From Nymphaea colorata (Eukaryota), in contig NC_045138.2 of the NCBI RefSeq assembly GCF_008831285.2, forward strand, positions 26,102,001-26,166,000: a stretch of DNA of 64,000 nt, read 5' to 3'. The translations under genes and the position numbers were made by a program. This document shows, piece by piece, positions 1 through 19,704 of this stretch. How positions within the stretch are numbered: position 1 is the first letter of the stretch; each line of letters begins with the position of its first letter. The notes under the pieces were generated by a model. It was not told the origin of the DNA. It ran no database searches and worked only from the letters and a program-made list of their open reading frames with translations.

Positions 1-2126
1 AGGATCAAACATTAAAAGTATATTCATTATTATAAAATACAGCTCAAAGAGATGGTAGTTCTTCAATAGGAGGTGGCCATCTGCACATGGAAGTTCAACG
101 TCAGTGTCACATCTTCATCCACTTTGAGACTTCTTCCATATGTCTTGTCCAATAGAATACCCAATTGCCAAGGAATCAATCAACAAGGAACAACAGGCAA
201 CCAACATGATTCTTTATTAAATTGAGGATGAACTTGACAAATACTCTTCATTTCAATATAATACCACTTATTCCTTCAGCATACATATTGAAATCACCTA
301 TGAGGTAAATATCATTCTTTGATAGGCATATCATAACATTTGATGTTAATGAATGCACATAAAGAATCATGGTGGAACGAATAATGGATCCAAACTTTTC
401 AGTTCTTGTAGCCTGTTAGTCATGAACAACTCAGTCACTCAACTCAAATGTGGTTTCTCTCTCTAATAAATAGAAACTATGAGCAGGTATGTCAACCTTG
501 GCGATCGATCTTATATGGAAGATCTTACAATATCTAATAGATGCAAGCTAGTTAAAAATGTTATCTAAACATGTGGGCTCTTACTATCATTATACAAAGG
601 ACTATTATGGCCTAAATTATGTTAAATTGATGCATTAATTCCATGCTGAAAATAATTATTACTATGTCTTTGTACATAGTCGTGAAAAGCAAAACTTTAT
701 ATGACAAAGTTGTCGATGGGAATGAGATTTGTAGCAAGAACTTCAAACATGTAAAGTGTTTTGTTGAATTACGAAGAAAAAAGATGCGGCTAAATCAAAT
801 GTAAGTAAAAAAAATGAAAAAGAAAAGTTAAAGTAGGCGACAACATATGGCCCGGTTCACCAAAAAAGGCAATAATCCGGCAGTGGAAGGAGGTGGCGGA
901 CTGGACCTTTAAAGTTCATAATGAACCACAAAATAAACTTAATAGCCTCAATTAAATTAAGGTTAAGGGTATGATAGCGATTCACAAGTAACACGAAAGA
1001 TCTCTTTGCCGTCACGAATGAGGAATGTTTGAAAGAGAAACAATCCGAAGAGTGAAGATGCAAGCAAGAAGCCATTTGACCGATTATCAAATTTTCATCA
1101 AAATAAGCTTTTAAGTTTTTTTCCCCCCTTAAATTACAGTAACAAATAAATAAATTAATTCACTTCAGTTTGCATACTTGATCAAAACGAAGGTTACCAG
1201 ACAAGCAATCCCATCAAAATTTAATTATACGGGCATCAGTTTTTCAGACACTACATGAATTTTATACTTCTTATGATGAAGGAAATGCATAAACAAATCT
1301 ACTGCTGCTTTTCAATGGGGGTTAACTTATAATTTAACGTTTGGATTGTTTGAAAAAGTAGATTTTATAGCCAATTCGATGATGATAAGAAGGTGGATGA
1401 GGTGATGATGATGATGGCAATGACGATGATGATTATATCTATCGTCTGATTGCTAACCAATAAGGTTAGAAGCGGGCATTTCGGGGTTACACACTTGGGC
1501 CTGAAGCAAACCAGAAAGGGAGGCCGCAAGGGGTCTCAGAATCTGGTTTAGTTCTTACCAGGAGTGTCTGGATTTAGAATCCAAGCATTGTTCTTTGAGA
1601 TTCGCGCTCTAAATTTTTGGGGTGTTCTTGCCGTGCTTCAACCAGTCAACGCTGCAGACTCCGTGATCTTTTCCTCCCGATTTCACCCTCCCTTTCAACT
1701 CTACCGTTACTGTTTCCAAGGTGAGCCACTCCATCTTCTCAACCCGATCAAAGAATTCCGGTATTATCACTGAGTCTAGATCAAATACGAATTTGTTGCT
1801 ATTTGGTTTGTTGGTATTCTTTTATTTGCTTTTCCTGTTTTTGATAGGATTCTTTTGTTCTTGCCCTATTGGTTTGGTGAGCATAACTCTTTCTGTTTCT
1901 TACTTCCTTTTCCATTCCATGGTATTGGTGGGCGTTGATTCGATTAGGGATTCGGAGGACTGATAGTTTCCTGTGAAGATCGGCAAGCAATCGGAGGTAA
2001 GCGGGACGTTCAGGCAGGTAGTTTCGCTGGGGATTTAGCTATTTGATGGGTGGGTTGCGTGCATATTGTGCTTAAGGAAAATGGGTGTTTCGGTTTTGGG
2101 GATAGTCCTCTTCTGTGGTTTGATTG

Positions 2127-8303
<6,177 letters not shown>

Positions 8304-11300
8304 CTCAGCACGAACGGGAGTGATGCATGACTACCTTGCAGCTGATATCTCTACTTTATGACAAGTTACTGTCAGAACCCTCCTATTGCTGCTCTGCTCT
8401 ACTTACTTTTGTGTTGTAAAGTCACGTTTGAACAATAGCACCCGTTCACTTATGCCGGTGCTCTTGTTTATGTTCTTGTCAATTATGAAAGGTCTATACA
8501 CACAGTAAATAACAGATTGTGAGGACTCATCTGTCGATTGTCTATTATGTAAGGTTTGCGTGTAAAAATGACCGAGGTCATCGGGAGGAGATAGGTCCAT
8601 CGAATGGGCTATTGTTCATTACTTGTATTTTCTGGAACATATTATTGATTATTGGTTGTTTGTAAACTGAAATGTGTATGAGGCATTGGGAGATGCAAAG
8701 TACCAAGCAAAATTGAATATCCTTTTGTTTATTTGTTATTGTGATTCCGCTCTTATCAAAAACTATGAATTTGTTTTTATTTGATACTGAGTTATATTAG
8801 CCTGCGGTGACAGGAACTTGGGCATGCATGGTTCTGTCAAGACGTTCTATTAACAGGTGAATAGTGCTCTCTCTCTCTCTCTTTCTTTCTGTGTATCCTG
8901 TTTGTATCATCAAAATTTGACATGGAGGTCATGAAACCTGATTGCATAAGTAGCTAGTGAATCGTGAAGGCAGGTTTATGTAATGGGTAGACGTTCTTTT
9001 AGGACAAGAAATGGATGTTTGGTGTTGGTGGTCTTTTCCTGAACAAGGGTCGTGCCAGGAGTGGATTGGCAGGTAGGCCTTACACGTTAACTTATTTCCT
9101 TGTAGTGGGCTACGATCACACCTAAACAAGGCAACAAATGTATTTTTTCTAGATGTGTTTTGGTTGCATGGTTTTTATTGTTTAAAATATGCTTTGGTTG
9201 CATGTTAAGCTAGAACGTGCAACTCTGATTCACTTACATAGACCTATTCTCTGTATTCTTTTGTGGGGGAATAATCCCAAAGTAATATTATTAACACTTT
9301 GATGTCAACATTAGAGATGTAATGGCCAAAGTAAAAGTTAAAAGAAGGGGATCGATCAGTCGAGGGGTTTGGTTGAATGAGATATTTTTACTTTAAAATA
9401 TCCCAATGCAATGCTATGCTCTAAAGCTTTCATGTTAAGTCAAAACATAAAAGTGTTCAGATATACTCTCTTAAGAACGATTGGCTTTTCATTTGAATGA
9501 GATAAGCATTTATTGTTTAAGGACTGATTAGTATAACTACCAGGATAAACAAGGAAACAAGTCTTCATGATGCTGTGACCAAGGAAGAAATGTTCGTGTG
9601 CAAGAAAAGAAGAAAATAAATAAAAGTAATGAGGAGACTAAAGTTATAGGAAGTAAGATCAATGGGGAAGCAAGTGAAATATTTTTTTTAAGCTGGATTA
9701 GGCAGACCCCCACTTACCTATAAGGAAAAACGACATGGATCTTCCCAAACAGAAGCAACCAAAAGAATCAATAAACAAAAAATTAGAAGTTATGGAGTAT
9801 AGAGTCTACAGGCCGAGCGTAATGAACAAGCAAGAATTTCCATGTTAAATAACATTCACGTGGTTAACGTAAGAGTTTTTCTGGATGACCTAACCTGTTT
9901 TCTTCTTTCAATATATGAGCATGCATTTCTGCAAAATTTATTCTGGATGGTCTAACTTTTTTCCTTCTTTGAATATATGAGTACACATTTCTGCAAATAT
10001 TTATAGAATTTCTAGGCCGTTTACATTATTCTGACACTGTGGGTGTGCTTCAACATGTTCACTTTCTAAGAATAGAGACTTAAAGCGTTTTTGGATAAAG
10101 TACGATTATTTTCTCAATGCTGAAGGTTTTATGAAGATTTGGGGCCATTTTGATTTTGAAATCTTTATTAAGTTACATCCCCACAAGCAAACTGTAGGGA
10201 CATGTTGATTCTCATAGAATAAATCAAATCACAGTAGAACAGTTATTCTTGCATGATGGGAATATGCTGTCAACTGTCATACTAAGTATTCATAATCAAG
10301 GTGAGGACTTCCAGACTAAGGTGCAGATTGATGAAGTAGAGTTTGGTTCCCTGCAAACCTAAGAAAGTGAGTGACCCATGGTTAGGTACTTGACACTAGC
10401 TTACTCTGGAATGAGACTGACATACTTTCCCAGGTTATGGCTTTGTCCTTATACAGATTAAGGAGATGCCGCAAATAAGGAAAAAGCCCCTCCTAGTTGG
10501 GGGCCTATATCTTGTCTACCAAACTATTTCGATGAATCAAACAGGGTTCCTTCTTTCCCAAGCCTTCCATAAAAGGAAACGCTGTAAGAAACCAGCGAAA
10601 GAAATAGGAGACAAAAACAATTGAACTGGTGCAACACTGTGCATATAGAAGCTTATTTATATGAGTCAAAATAATACATTAATAAAGAAAAGATATGACC
10701 CAAAAGAGTTGAAGAAAACCCCTTATTTTCCATTACTCTTGTTTAACAAGCAGACAAGATTTTCCAACAAGGGTGTTGGTGCAAAGATTTGGGCACCATC
10801 TGTGGAGAACTATAGGAAGCTCAAGGTGAGTAATGAGGAGAAAAAAGCCATGGAGGTCTGATCCTAATTAGTGTCTGGCACATTGAGGGAGAAGAGAGAG
10901 CTTATGAGGTATATATTCAAATGCTTGGCCTGTTCCAACCAAGCCCGACCTAAATAGGACGCGACCAGACTCGACCGGAGCTCCAGTGGCCTTATAGGCA
11001 TTAACCTGATCCCGGCTTCTTAAAGGTTATCTTGGTTTTTCAACTCAGTCCAGCTGAGCTTGGATTCAGCCAAGGACTTTACGCAAATTAATATTATCAT
11101 TATCATACATTTTCTTTATAAATAAAACGATCTAAATTTGCTTAGAGAAATTGGGGTTGAGATCTATGAGCGGATCGGACCAGTTAGCCTGGATCAAATC
11201 ATGGACGGTTTGGTTTTTGATTTTTATCTGCCAAGCTAGGCAGGGGCCCTGACAGGTCAGTTCTGAAGCCAAGTCTCGGATCGAGTGATTCTCGTCAGGC

Positions 11301-11308
11301 CACGCACA

Positions 11309-11677
11309 TAGGTGTGAACAACGCTCGAGCTCGGCTTGTGGACGAGCCCGAGCTGAGTCCTTTGCTTAACGAGTCGAGATCGAGTTCATGAGTCGACTCG
11401 TTTAAATAATCGAGTTGAGTTCGAGCTCAACACATAACTGTTGAGTCGAGTTCGAGCCTTAATCGAGTTTGTCGAGCCTTAATCAAGTTGATATATTTAA
11501 AAGAGTTTATGAGTTTGTCGAGCCTTAATCGAGTCAAGCTCGAGTTCAACACGTAACAACAATGAATGTCAATTCTATTCAAATGAGTTTATCGAGCTTT
11601 AATTGAGTTGAGCTCGTGCTCAACATGTTGTCGAGCCTTAATCGACTCGGGCTTGATCAGGCTCGTGTTCACCCCTA
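11309..11677. mobile_element. MITE (hAT-like, TAGGGGTGAACA-type TIRs, TCGAG-rich interior)
   Basis: Ends TAGGTGTGAACA...TGTTCACCCCTA (11/12 inverted match); repeated TCGAGC/GAGCCTTAATCGAG units; related copy at 49088-49533. Confidence 0.75.
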
Positions 11678-11784
11678 CGTTGATTGGTGCATCGCATGAT
11701 TCTGGTTCAGCCATAACTCGACATGTATCTAAAGATATTTGACGTTTGTGGTTCACTCACTTGGGTTCATCCATGCTATTTAAT

Positions 11785-11928
11785 TGGGGTGTAACCCAAC
11801 TCTGTCCAACGGGCCGGTACCCAACAATGGGTTGTCGGGCTGGCCCTGGTCTGATTATATTTGTGGCCCAGAAGCCGGCCCGACCCCATGGTTAGCCTGG
11901 GTGCCGTGCCATGAGCCCAGCTCCCCTC
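11785..11928. mobile_element. Short degenerate MITE-like element (GGCCC/GGGCC-rich)
   Basis: TGGGGTGTAAC...CAGCTCCCCT ends and GGCCC-rich interior resembling plant MITEs. Confidence 0.3.
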
Positions 11929-13059
11929 CACATTTTCTTTTACGTTCGGTACATATCGAAAATTTATTTAGGAGTTGATTCATAGGCTTTCATTTATAAT
12001 GTTGGTTTTACCAGGAAAGTATCACAATAATGGCTTCAATAATGTCGATGCTCCTTCCAGTTGGACTTGCAAGACATTTTAAGTTGAAGAAAAGTCAATT
12101 GGGTTGCAATGTCCCGTGAGAATGACGTCAAGAGTCTTCCCCTCCGAACAAAGTTGGAGAATAATTTTCTCACCAAACATGCAGCTTTCCGTGAATTTAG
12201 GACCTTGGCTTCACGTGGAAGAGAGATTCATGACTCTTCTTTTTATCTGATAGAAGAAACAGAGTTGTTCATGAGCTTAACCCATTTGAGATTGCGAGAT
12301 TGGCAGGCAGCTGTTGCTTTGCGAATCACAAATGTATCCGTCTCCCCAGGAGAAGATCTTAAATGGATGCGCAGACAAGCGAGAGTTGTCGCTTTAAAAG
12401 TTCTTTCATCGCCACTGCTTCAATCCTGCTGCACTTCCTTCCTCTAATGTTTCCCTGCTTCTTTCTTCAGCAAGCTCATCGTTTTAGCCAATTTTTTCTA
12501 AATCGAACTATGTTAGCGCCTTTCTCTTGATCTTAGAACTGTCACATGTTTTTAACTCTATGAATCTTTTTGCAGGCCAGCTTGATTTCAAAAGCAATCT
12601 TAGGAGCATTATATGAAAATTTTCTCTTCTTTTCATTTTTTTGGGGTTAATTGAAACTCTTCTCAACCTGTGAAATTATGAAGGACTAGACCCTTTGGAC
12701 CTTTGAACCTTCACTCAGAGTACCCACCGTGGAAATTTGAAAATTTTAAAATCTGAACAACTTCAACTGCCATTGAGTCTTTCCTTCCAACTTGAATTCT
12801 CACTCCAAGAAGCTCATTGGAGTGGTGGATGCAACTAAATCGGCCACTTTACATCCCTAGATCCACAAGGAACGCTGCCCAGGATTTGATTCATGTGCCC
12901 TGATCATTTAAGGCCTATGATCTAGTGATTCAGCCGATAAGCTGCATATTCTGTGAGATCCATTTCTGTACGCGGATCAGATCACTATACCTAAAGCCTA
13001 CCCCTTTCATTTCTTTCAGGAATCAGACCCTACATAATGGCACAGTGCACAGATGAAAC

Positions 13060-13101
<42 letters not shown>

Positions 13102-13408
13102 TCAACCACACAAAAATAAAATGAATAACGGGTGTCCGGAAGAAAATGATGGGAAAGATGGCAAAACTTTCTGATGATTCCCATCAATTCATGATGAAGG
13201 GAAAGAAACGAAGGGATTTTACAGAGAGAGTTCTAGAACTGTATTACTTCTCGATTGATTGGAACCTACTGGGATGAGAGGCTCGGATTAAATTACAAAA
13301 GGTAAATGAGGAAAATACATATCAAGATCTAGCTTCTCCACATCAAAAGAGGAAAGAAGAAATAGGAAACCATGAAGAAGATTCGCGATGAGAAAGTCGT
13401 GGAGATCT

Positions 13409-13882
13409 CTAATGGTGATGGAGGTGGTGGTGGTTGTTGGTGGTGGTAGTGGCAACGCTGTTTGGTGTTGTGGTCGTGGTTGCGGAGGTGGCGATGGCGG
13501 CACCGGCTGCAAGCTGCGGCGGAGGGGTCTTGGGGGGCGGGGTCATGACGAACCTGGCGGAGAAGGCACGGAAGTGGTCGGAGTCCTCGGAGCCGGCGGC
13601 TGAGAGGCCCCTGTCGAAGTTCTGGGCGTAGCTCATTGGGTCGTAGTGGCAGTGGAAGGCGGCTGGCCTGCTGCCGGCCGTGGCCTCCGAGCAGAGGCAC
13701 CGGCTTTGCTTCTTAAGCTTCCTGACCAGCTTTCTCCAGTTAGGCGGTGGTAGGTAGCAGCCCGATCGGTGCTGGTGCCCTTTCCCGGTGGCGCACTCCT
13801 GCCACCTGACCGGCCGACCTCCGGCCCCTCCCGCCACCGAGCCCTGTTTCTGCCACCGGAAAAGTGAGCCATCGGTCGTCAT
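13409..13882 (-). CDS. Intronless plant protein of unknown function with YDPxSYAQNFD motif and Thr/His-rich tail (157 aa)
   Basis: GC-rich ORF from the ATG at 13882. Contains WRKLVRKLKKQSR, FHCHYDPMSYAQNFDRG and FSARF, motifs recognised from a widespread uncharacterised angiosperm family. A (CT)n tract lies upstream in the putative 5' UTR. Confidence 0.8.
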   Translation of the reverse strand: MTTDGSLFRWQKQGSVAGGAGGRPVRWQECATGKGHQHRSGCYLPPPNWRKLVRKLKKQSRCLCSEATAGSRPAAFHCHYDPMSYAQNFDRGLSAAGSEDSDHFRAFSARFVMTPPPKTPPPQLAAGAAIATSATTTTTPNSVATTTTNNHHHLHHH

Positions 13883-13935
13883 TCTCCTTTTCTTGTTTAT
13901 CGGGAGCAGATCCTCCACTCTGAAGCACAGAAAGT

Positions 13936-13978
<43 letters not shown>

Positions 13979-16900
13979 ATGGTGGGGGGACCCTTCTGGT
14001 TGCAGAAGCTTCACTATTTGTAACAATTTTCCTAAAAAAATTTATTTTTTGAAGAAAGGATAAATTTTCAAAGACCTATAACAATTCCATCTTAATTAAT
14101 ATGTGACATCGAGATTTAGTCATTTCCCGAATGCCTGCTAATATCCGTCACCCTTTCAATGTACGTGTATTTTCGTGTGGCTACTCACTAAGTATAACAG
14201 GAGATGCTTCAAACTGAAACTTTTATAAACCTGGTTTAGGAGAACGATGAATTTCAAATGAAAATAATAATTGCTGGTTCCCAAGTTTTACGTGATGAAA
14301 TTTTAGTTTTTGAGAATGATAAACAAAGCCAGGTTTAAAGCTTTTTTTCTTTTTTTCCATTCATCAAGTTTATTAGACTCCCACAGCACTTTTTTGATTG
14401 TTGTCCAACAAAAAATTAAATTACGTAAGTCGATTCAGTTGATATCCAAGCAAAAAAAAAAAAAACTTGACTTTTAAATTTTCTAAGAACTTAGTTGTTA
14501 GTGTATCACACTAACATGAATAACAGAAGTAAAATGAGAGGTTGAGGTGGGTAGTAAATATTAAAAAGTATTGCGTAGAAAAATGAAAATGAAAAAAATA
14601 ATAGGAAGCCATGTATCAGGTACAATTCAATAAAACAATCCAATGAAATATAATTTTTTGCCGCTGCTTTTTAGTTAGCTTAAAGTTTTTGTTATTTATT
14701 TTGTTACCCTCATTTCTGTGTCAGCCAATTTTTTTACTTAGCTAACAACATCCATAAGAAACCAATTATTAATAATAATAGTAATAACAATAATAATTAT
14801 AATAATAAATGACATCAACCGATAGGAAACAACAATTAGATTTTAAAAATGAATCATGTGGGATGGTTATTATAATAGAATAGTTATATCAATTAAAAAA
14901 ATAAAAAAATGCAGAGTAAGATAAATAGCGAAACAAAGCATAAGTTTGTTGGTTGCAGGAATTCTTGATTCAAAGGATACAAGTTTCCTCGCCAACTAGA
15001 ACATGAAATTCGTATTGGTAGTAGAAAAGCTTTTCTCGAAAGAACAGACTTCAGCCACGCCGATGTAACATGCTCCACTTATTATCGTCTTTTTTAATAG
15101 TGTACAACTCCGATGCAAAAAGATAAAAAATTAAGAAAATGAAACTGAATTATAGGAAGCTTCCATAAACAGAATAAATTTTCTTGGATATTCGATTCAA
15201 TTTCTCATTTTTTACAACACCTGCCTTCATATAATGACTAACCAAATTCATGTTAAACACGTAAATCTGGTTATTTTGTTGGATGGCGATGAGTATTTCA
15301 TCCTACCATTTTGTAAAAGGATTGTGGCCTTCATTTCCTTCATCTTCGATGATACAAAACATGTTTTTTGTATCTCGAAATAATGTTTCTGTTGTGCTTC
15401 AACTTAGATATTGATACTCTTTTGCAGTATATAAAATTGATGTTTCGATAATTCAATATACACATTAGCCGCCTACTAACTGCTACCCTATGTATTGCAA
15501 GGATATGTTTAGTTCTACTTTACTCTAATGCTTATGCAACAAGATTTGACCATTTTTTATCAGAAAATTTTAACTTCTTCTCTTGCGTCATACATTACCT
15601 GGTTCAGTTCATCATCTTTTCGAATCTTTTAATGCATTCACTATGTTGCTTGTGATCAACTTATCTGAACAAGATAGATAGATGTTTGAACTTTTTTCTT
15701 TTTCACCAACTTGGCATTAGACAAATTCTTACCAGATGCGTTCATAGTATGAACTCTTGACTTTAACTCGAAGCTTTTGTTTTTATTCTTTTTCTTGAGC
15801 CAAGTGGATGCAGCTCTGGCCGACTAAAGAAATATTAAAACACCCGGAGTCGAAGATTAGTTAAATTAATATGAGTTTACGCGTAGAAACAGGGTTTCAA
15901 AACGTATTAAAATAAACTCATGCAGACATCACATGCAGGTAATCGATCTTTGTTTGCTTCTTAAGTAAAATCACAGAAACGGCTCGTGGGTCTTCTGAAA
16001 ATAAGGCAAGATTTGTCAGTATTTTAATAAATTAAGAACGTTTCCGCGTGAATTTGAAAATCTTGCCTAACAACGTGACCTCTTCGAGCTACAAAACATG
16101 CCCATATGAAAAATGAATTTAAAAAAAGGAAAAGGAAACGTTACTGCTAACTCTCGACCACTTAAAATATTGGATTCCGTTTTGCTGAAATGAGCGTTGC
16201 GTCCTTCTTGAGAACCGCGCAGAGAATTTTTGAAGAAGACAGTGCTGCCCCTTTTCCCCATGGAGAAAGAGTAGCTTGGTCCCCCTCCTCAAAAAATTCA
16301 GATGAAAATTGGTCTATTATTGTTATTACCATACATTCTTCAATTGTATATATTCTATATATGTGTTGCACTTTGTTGTTGATGTCTCTTTGATCGAATT
16401 TAATATATTTGACCAGAATTTGATGTAGTTGATAAGACTGAATCTCTAAGCTAGAAAAGAGACATTGAAATCTAGACTGTTATAAATTTATCAAAACTGT
16501 TTTCTTTTCAAGTTATAAATTTGGGTCTTGAAGTTCATTAAAGAAGTCAAGTTTTTAAAGAACCGATCAGAATCTGACCAAACTGATTAGATGACAACTC
16601 TTAACAGAAGATCACAGCTCAATGGATAAACAAGAGAGCTTGAAGATGGAAAAGCTTGCAGAGTTTACCATGTCACTGTTAGTGCAAAAGTTAACCATGG
16701 AAGTTAACGGAAGGGAGGATGATCTGCCATTCATCTGCAAAAGCGAGGGTCTTTATTGAGAGTTCTATTTACCACTGAAATGATTGAAGTGTGAAAACGT
16801 CTTGCTGTCTCTGTACGGGACTCTGTGAGTATCTGTCAGGAATAAGTTTGACGTTTTCTCTCTTTTACTAATGGGAGAGTGGTGGCCTCTAGAGTGAGCC

Positions 16901-19595
16901 ATTGTTTATCATTTTCTTCCCTTTGTTCTGTCTTTTTTCTTAATTTTTTCTCCATTAAAGAGCAACCTTTGGTACTGTTATAAATTATTGTGTTTCTCTT
17001 GTAAAGGATAATGTTGACAAAAGAACAAAGAATCTAGTTCTTGACTCCACTTGGTCCGGCCATTATAGATTTAAGCTTAAGCTATGTTGCTGCTGTAGTC
17101 TCAAGTGGTCTGAATTAGTTTGAAAATTCTGTCAAACTTTTAGTGCACCAGATTCCGTTTCAGTTCAACTTATGATTCATTTTGTTGCACAGGATCTGAT
17201 TCATTTGCAGTTAGATAATAGCACATCAACACAGTTTTTTTTTTTTTGGATGAAAGTGGCTGTTGAATGGAGTTTGGTTTCTCCAAGTTTGATCGGATTA
17301 GAACTAACAGCCACAGTGATGCGTCTGCTGAAAGATCACGATCTGGGGAGGTAACACTTTTGAGTTTTGGAAAAAATTGGACAAAGAATCAATGGATGGA
17401 GATGATCGAGCGGGTCTGGTGAAGGTGACTTCGAATGAGACGTAGACGAGCGAAAGGGGACAGCCATGGTGGGTCGACAGTGGACATTGACCGCATTAAT
17501 CAGCTGACAGAAGCTCAGTGGTGGGGGAGGGGAGGGGATGAGCACCTACTTTTTTATGCTCAGTTTTTCCGCTAAGACGACGACGATGCCGTCATAATCA
17601 GACAACGCGAGGGGGTCCAAAATGTCAAGAAAAGCAGCTCCATTTCCCAGGTGGCGCAGCGATGTGTTCCCCGATTCTTTCCAACTTCTTGACATGAACA
17701 TCGTGTTTGTATCTATTGACTATAATCACAAAGGGAGAGAGAAAAAGAGAGATATGATCTGGTTGATTAGACAGATGAAGCATGTTGCCTCGGTTCCAAT
17801 CAAACTTCCGGAAATTGGGACGATTGACACAGGACAAACAAATACAAATCGCAAAAGAGAGAGAGGAGGAAATTTTAATTGATTAAAAGCACAAAAAGGA
17901 CAGTAGAATGATTGCTTTTGATGAGATGGGGAGGAGGAGATTTCGGTTAAACGGAAAAACTGGGGAGGGGAACGCCGGCCATGAGTGGTGGCGTTACTTC
18001 ACATGCAGTCACGGGCGTGGCTGATCTGCCTGCGCCCGAGCCCCAAGGGAAACGACAAACATGCGCTGCTGCCCGCACCACCATGAATGCATTCATGGCG
18101 GTGGTGGTGGCGGAGAGTACGAATGCAGAGGGGCCGGGTATGTTCCTCTGCCAAAGATCGGCCCACACCCACCACCATCGTCCTTGATTTCATAACGCAA
18201 TTGCCACCAACGCGCTCCCCCATGTGCAGCTGCTGCTTCTGCTTCTTGTTAGGAGTACTCTCTCTTTTATTCAATTCTCTTTTCCTTTCTTTTTTCAGTC
18301 AAAGAGCACATCTCCGGCTTTTTCTCCCACGAAAATTTACCATCACTCTCTCTCTTTTATCCTGCGCCGATCTCAGGCGTAAGTACTGAACAGAATAGTC
18401 GGGCACTTTTTTCCTTACAAAATTTGCAGTGTGTGCATGGGAGGTCCCACAGCACTTTTGGTGAGATGGATCTGCACATTAATGTGTTGGGACTCGAGAG
18501 ATCGACGCAGAAAACCACCCTCTATCTCTCCCCTCCTTCCCATCTCCACTCCACTTCTCTTGTTTCACTTCATTGTAACAAAGGAAACTGCTTTAGAACT
18601 TGTTCATCCTTAAGATAAGTTCATCTTCTTCAGATGGTTAAGTTTATCAAAATGTATTTATGTTGTTTGAGGTGTATTTGCATGGAGGTCTTTTAATTCC
18701 TCCTTTTCTTTATCTTTATTCAAATGTCAGTGGATTTAGCTTGTATTGACGTTTTTTTCTAGAAAAATGATAAGAGCATATTATTTTTATAATATTTTAA
18801 ATAAAGATTTCAAAAATGATCATTCAGACCCAGATGCATCGGCCCAATAGCGCTGACTCATCGCATTATTTTAAAATGATACCAGGCCTTTCATGCATCC
18901 CTAATTCGTTCCCAGATCTGGTGAAGGGGCACTCTTTTGGAAAAAGAAGCACTCTACAAGGAAAACAGCAGACCTTTCTAGCTCAATGTAGGTAACAAAC
19001 AAAACAGGACGTGGGGGTTGCATGGAACTCAAATCTGCCTCAGATCAGACCTTCTGAAACAGTTCTGGACTCCGGGAGCAAGAAGAAGAGGCGTGGTTCC
19101 GACCTCTCATCGACTCATCGCCACAAAATGTATGATACCCACATGAACCGACATAGCTGGCTAATTAACAAAATGCTGTACTACTCTGCATTTACTTTTA
19201 TGTCATTCTGTTCACACAACTAATGTGCAATAGTTACACCGTTATACAATTTTTAGTTACATATCGTATCATCCTACTGTAAAGAATCACAGCGGAAAAC
19301 ATTTTTGAGAAACAACAAAGGTGAAATCCCAGTATCAGCTTGAAGATAAATTCACCAGGTCATCACCCATAAAAGTGGAAGTGGTCTCAAGTTTCTATAC
19401 AAGGGCTTACCACATGCCGTTCAAAGAAAAATATCTTTACAATGATGTCACTCTTTAGTTAAAAACCTGTTTGCCATGTCCACGTTCGCTTAGAACAGAG
19501 GCCACATCTACCAACCATGGACCAGATTGAGACTCCCAAATAGAACTGATTCGACTGAGATAATGAGTTATAGGTCAAACAAGTACACGTAGATA

Positions 19596-19666
19596 TCATG
19601 AAATCGTGCAGCTGCCATGATGCCTAGAAAGAAGAAGGAAGATTTTAATTATGTTTAACCAATATG

Positions 19667-19704
<38 letters not shown>

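Noticed and set aside
12109..12447. 112-aa ORF as a gene
   Set aside because: No recognisable motif or exon partners; may be a decayed transposon or gene fragment.
17511..17634. TAS3-like locus (AAGCTCAG...GGGATGAGCACC resembling miR390; minus-strand TTCTTGACATTTTGGACCCC resembling tasiR-ARF)
   Set aside because: The miR390-like match is split by a ~15-nt insertion, the tasiR-ARF-like match has several mismatches, and no second miR390 site was found.
17999..18274. 91-aa minus-strand ORF as a small-peptide (DVL/RTFL-like) gene
   Set aside because: Lacks the RTF/DVL consensus; several overlapping ORFs are explained by local GC richness.
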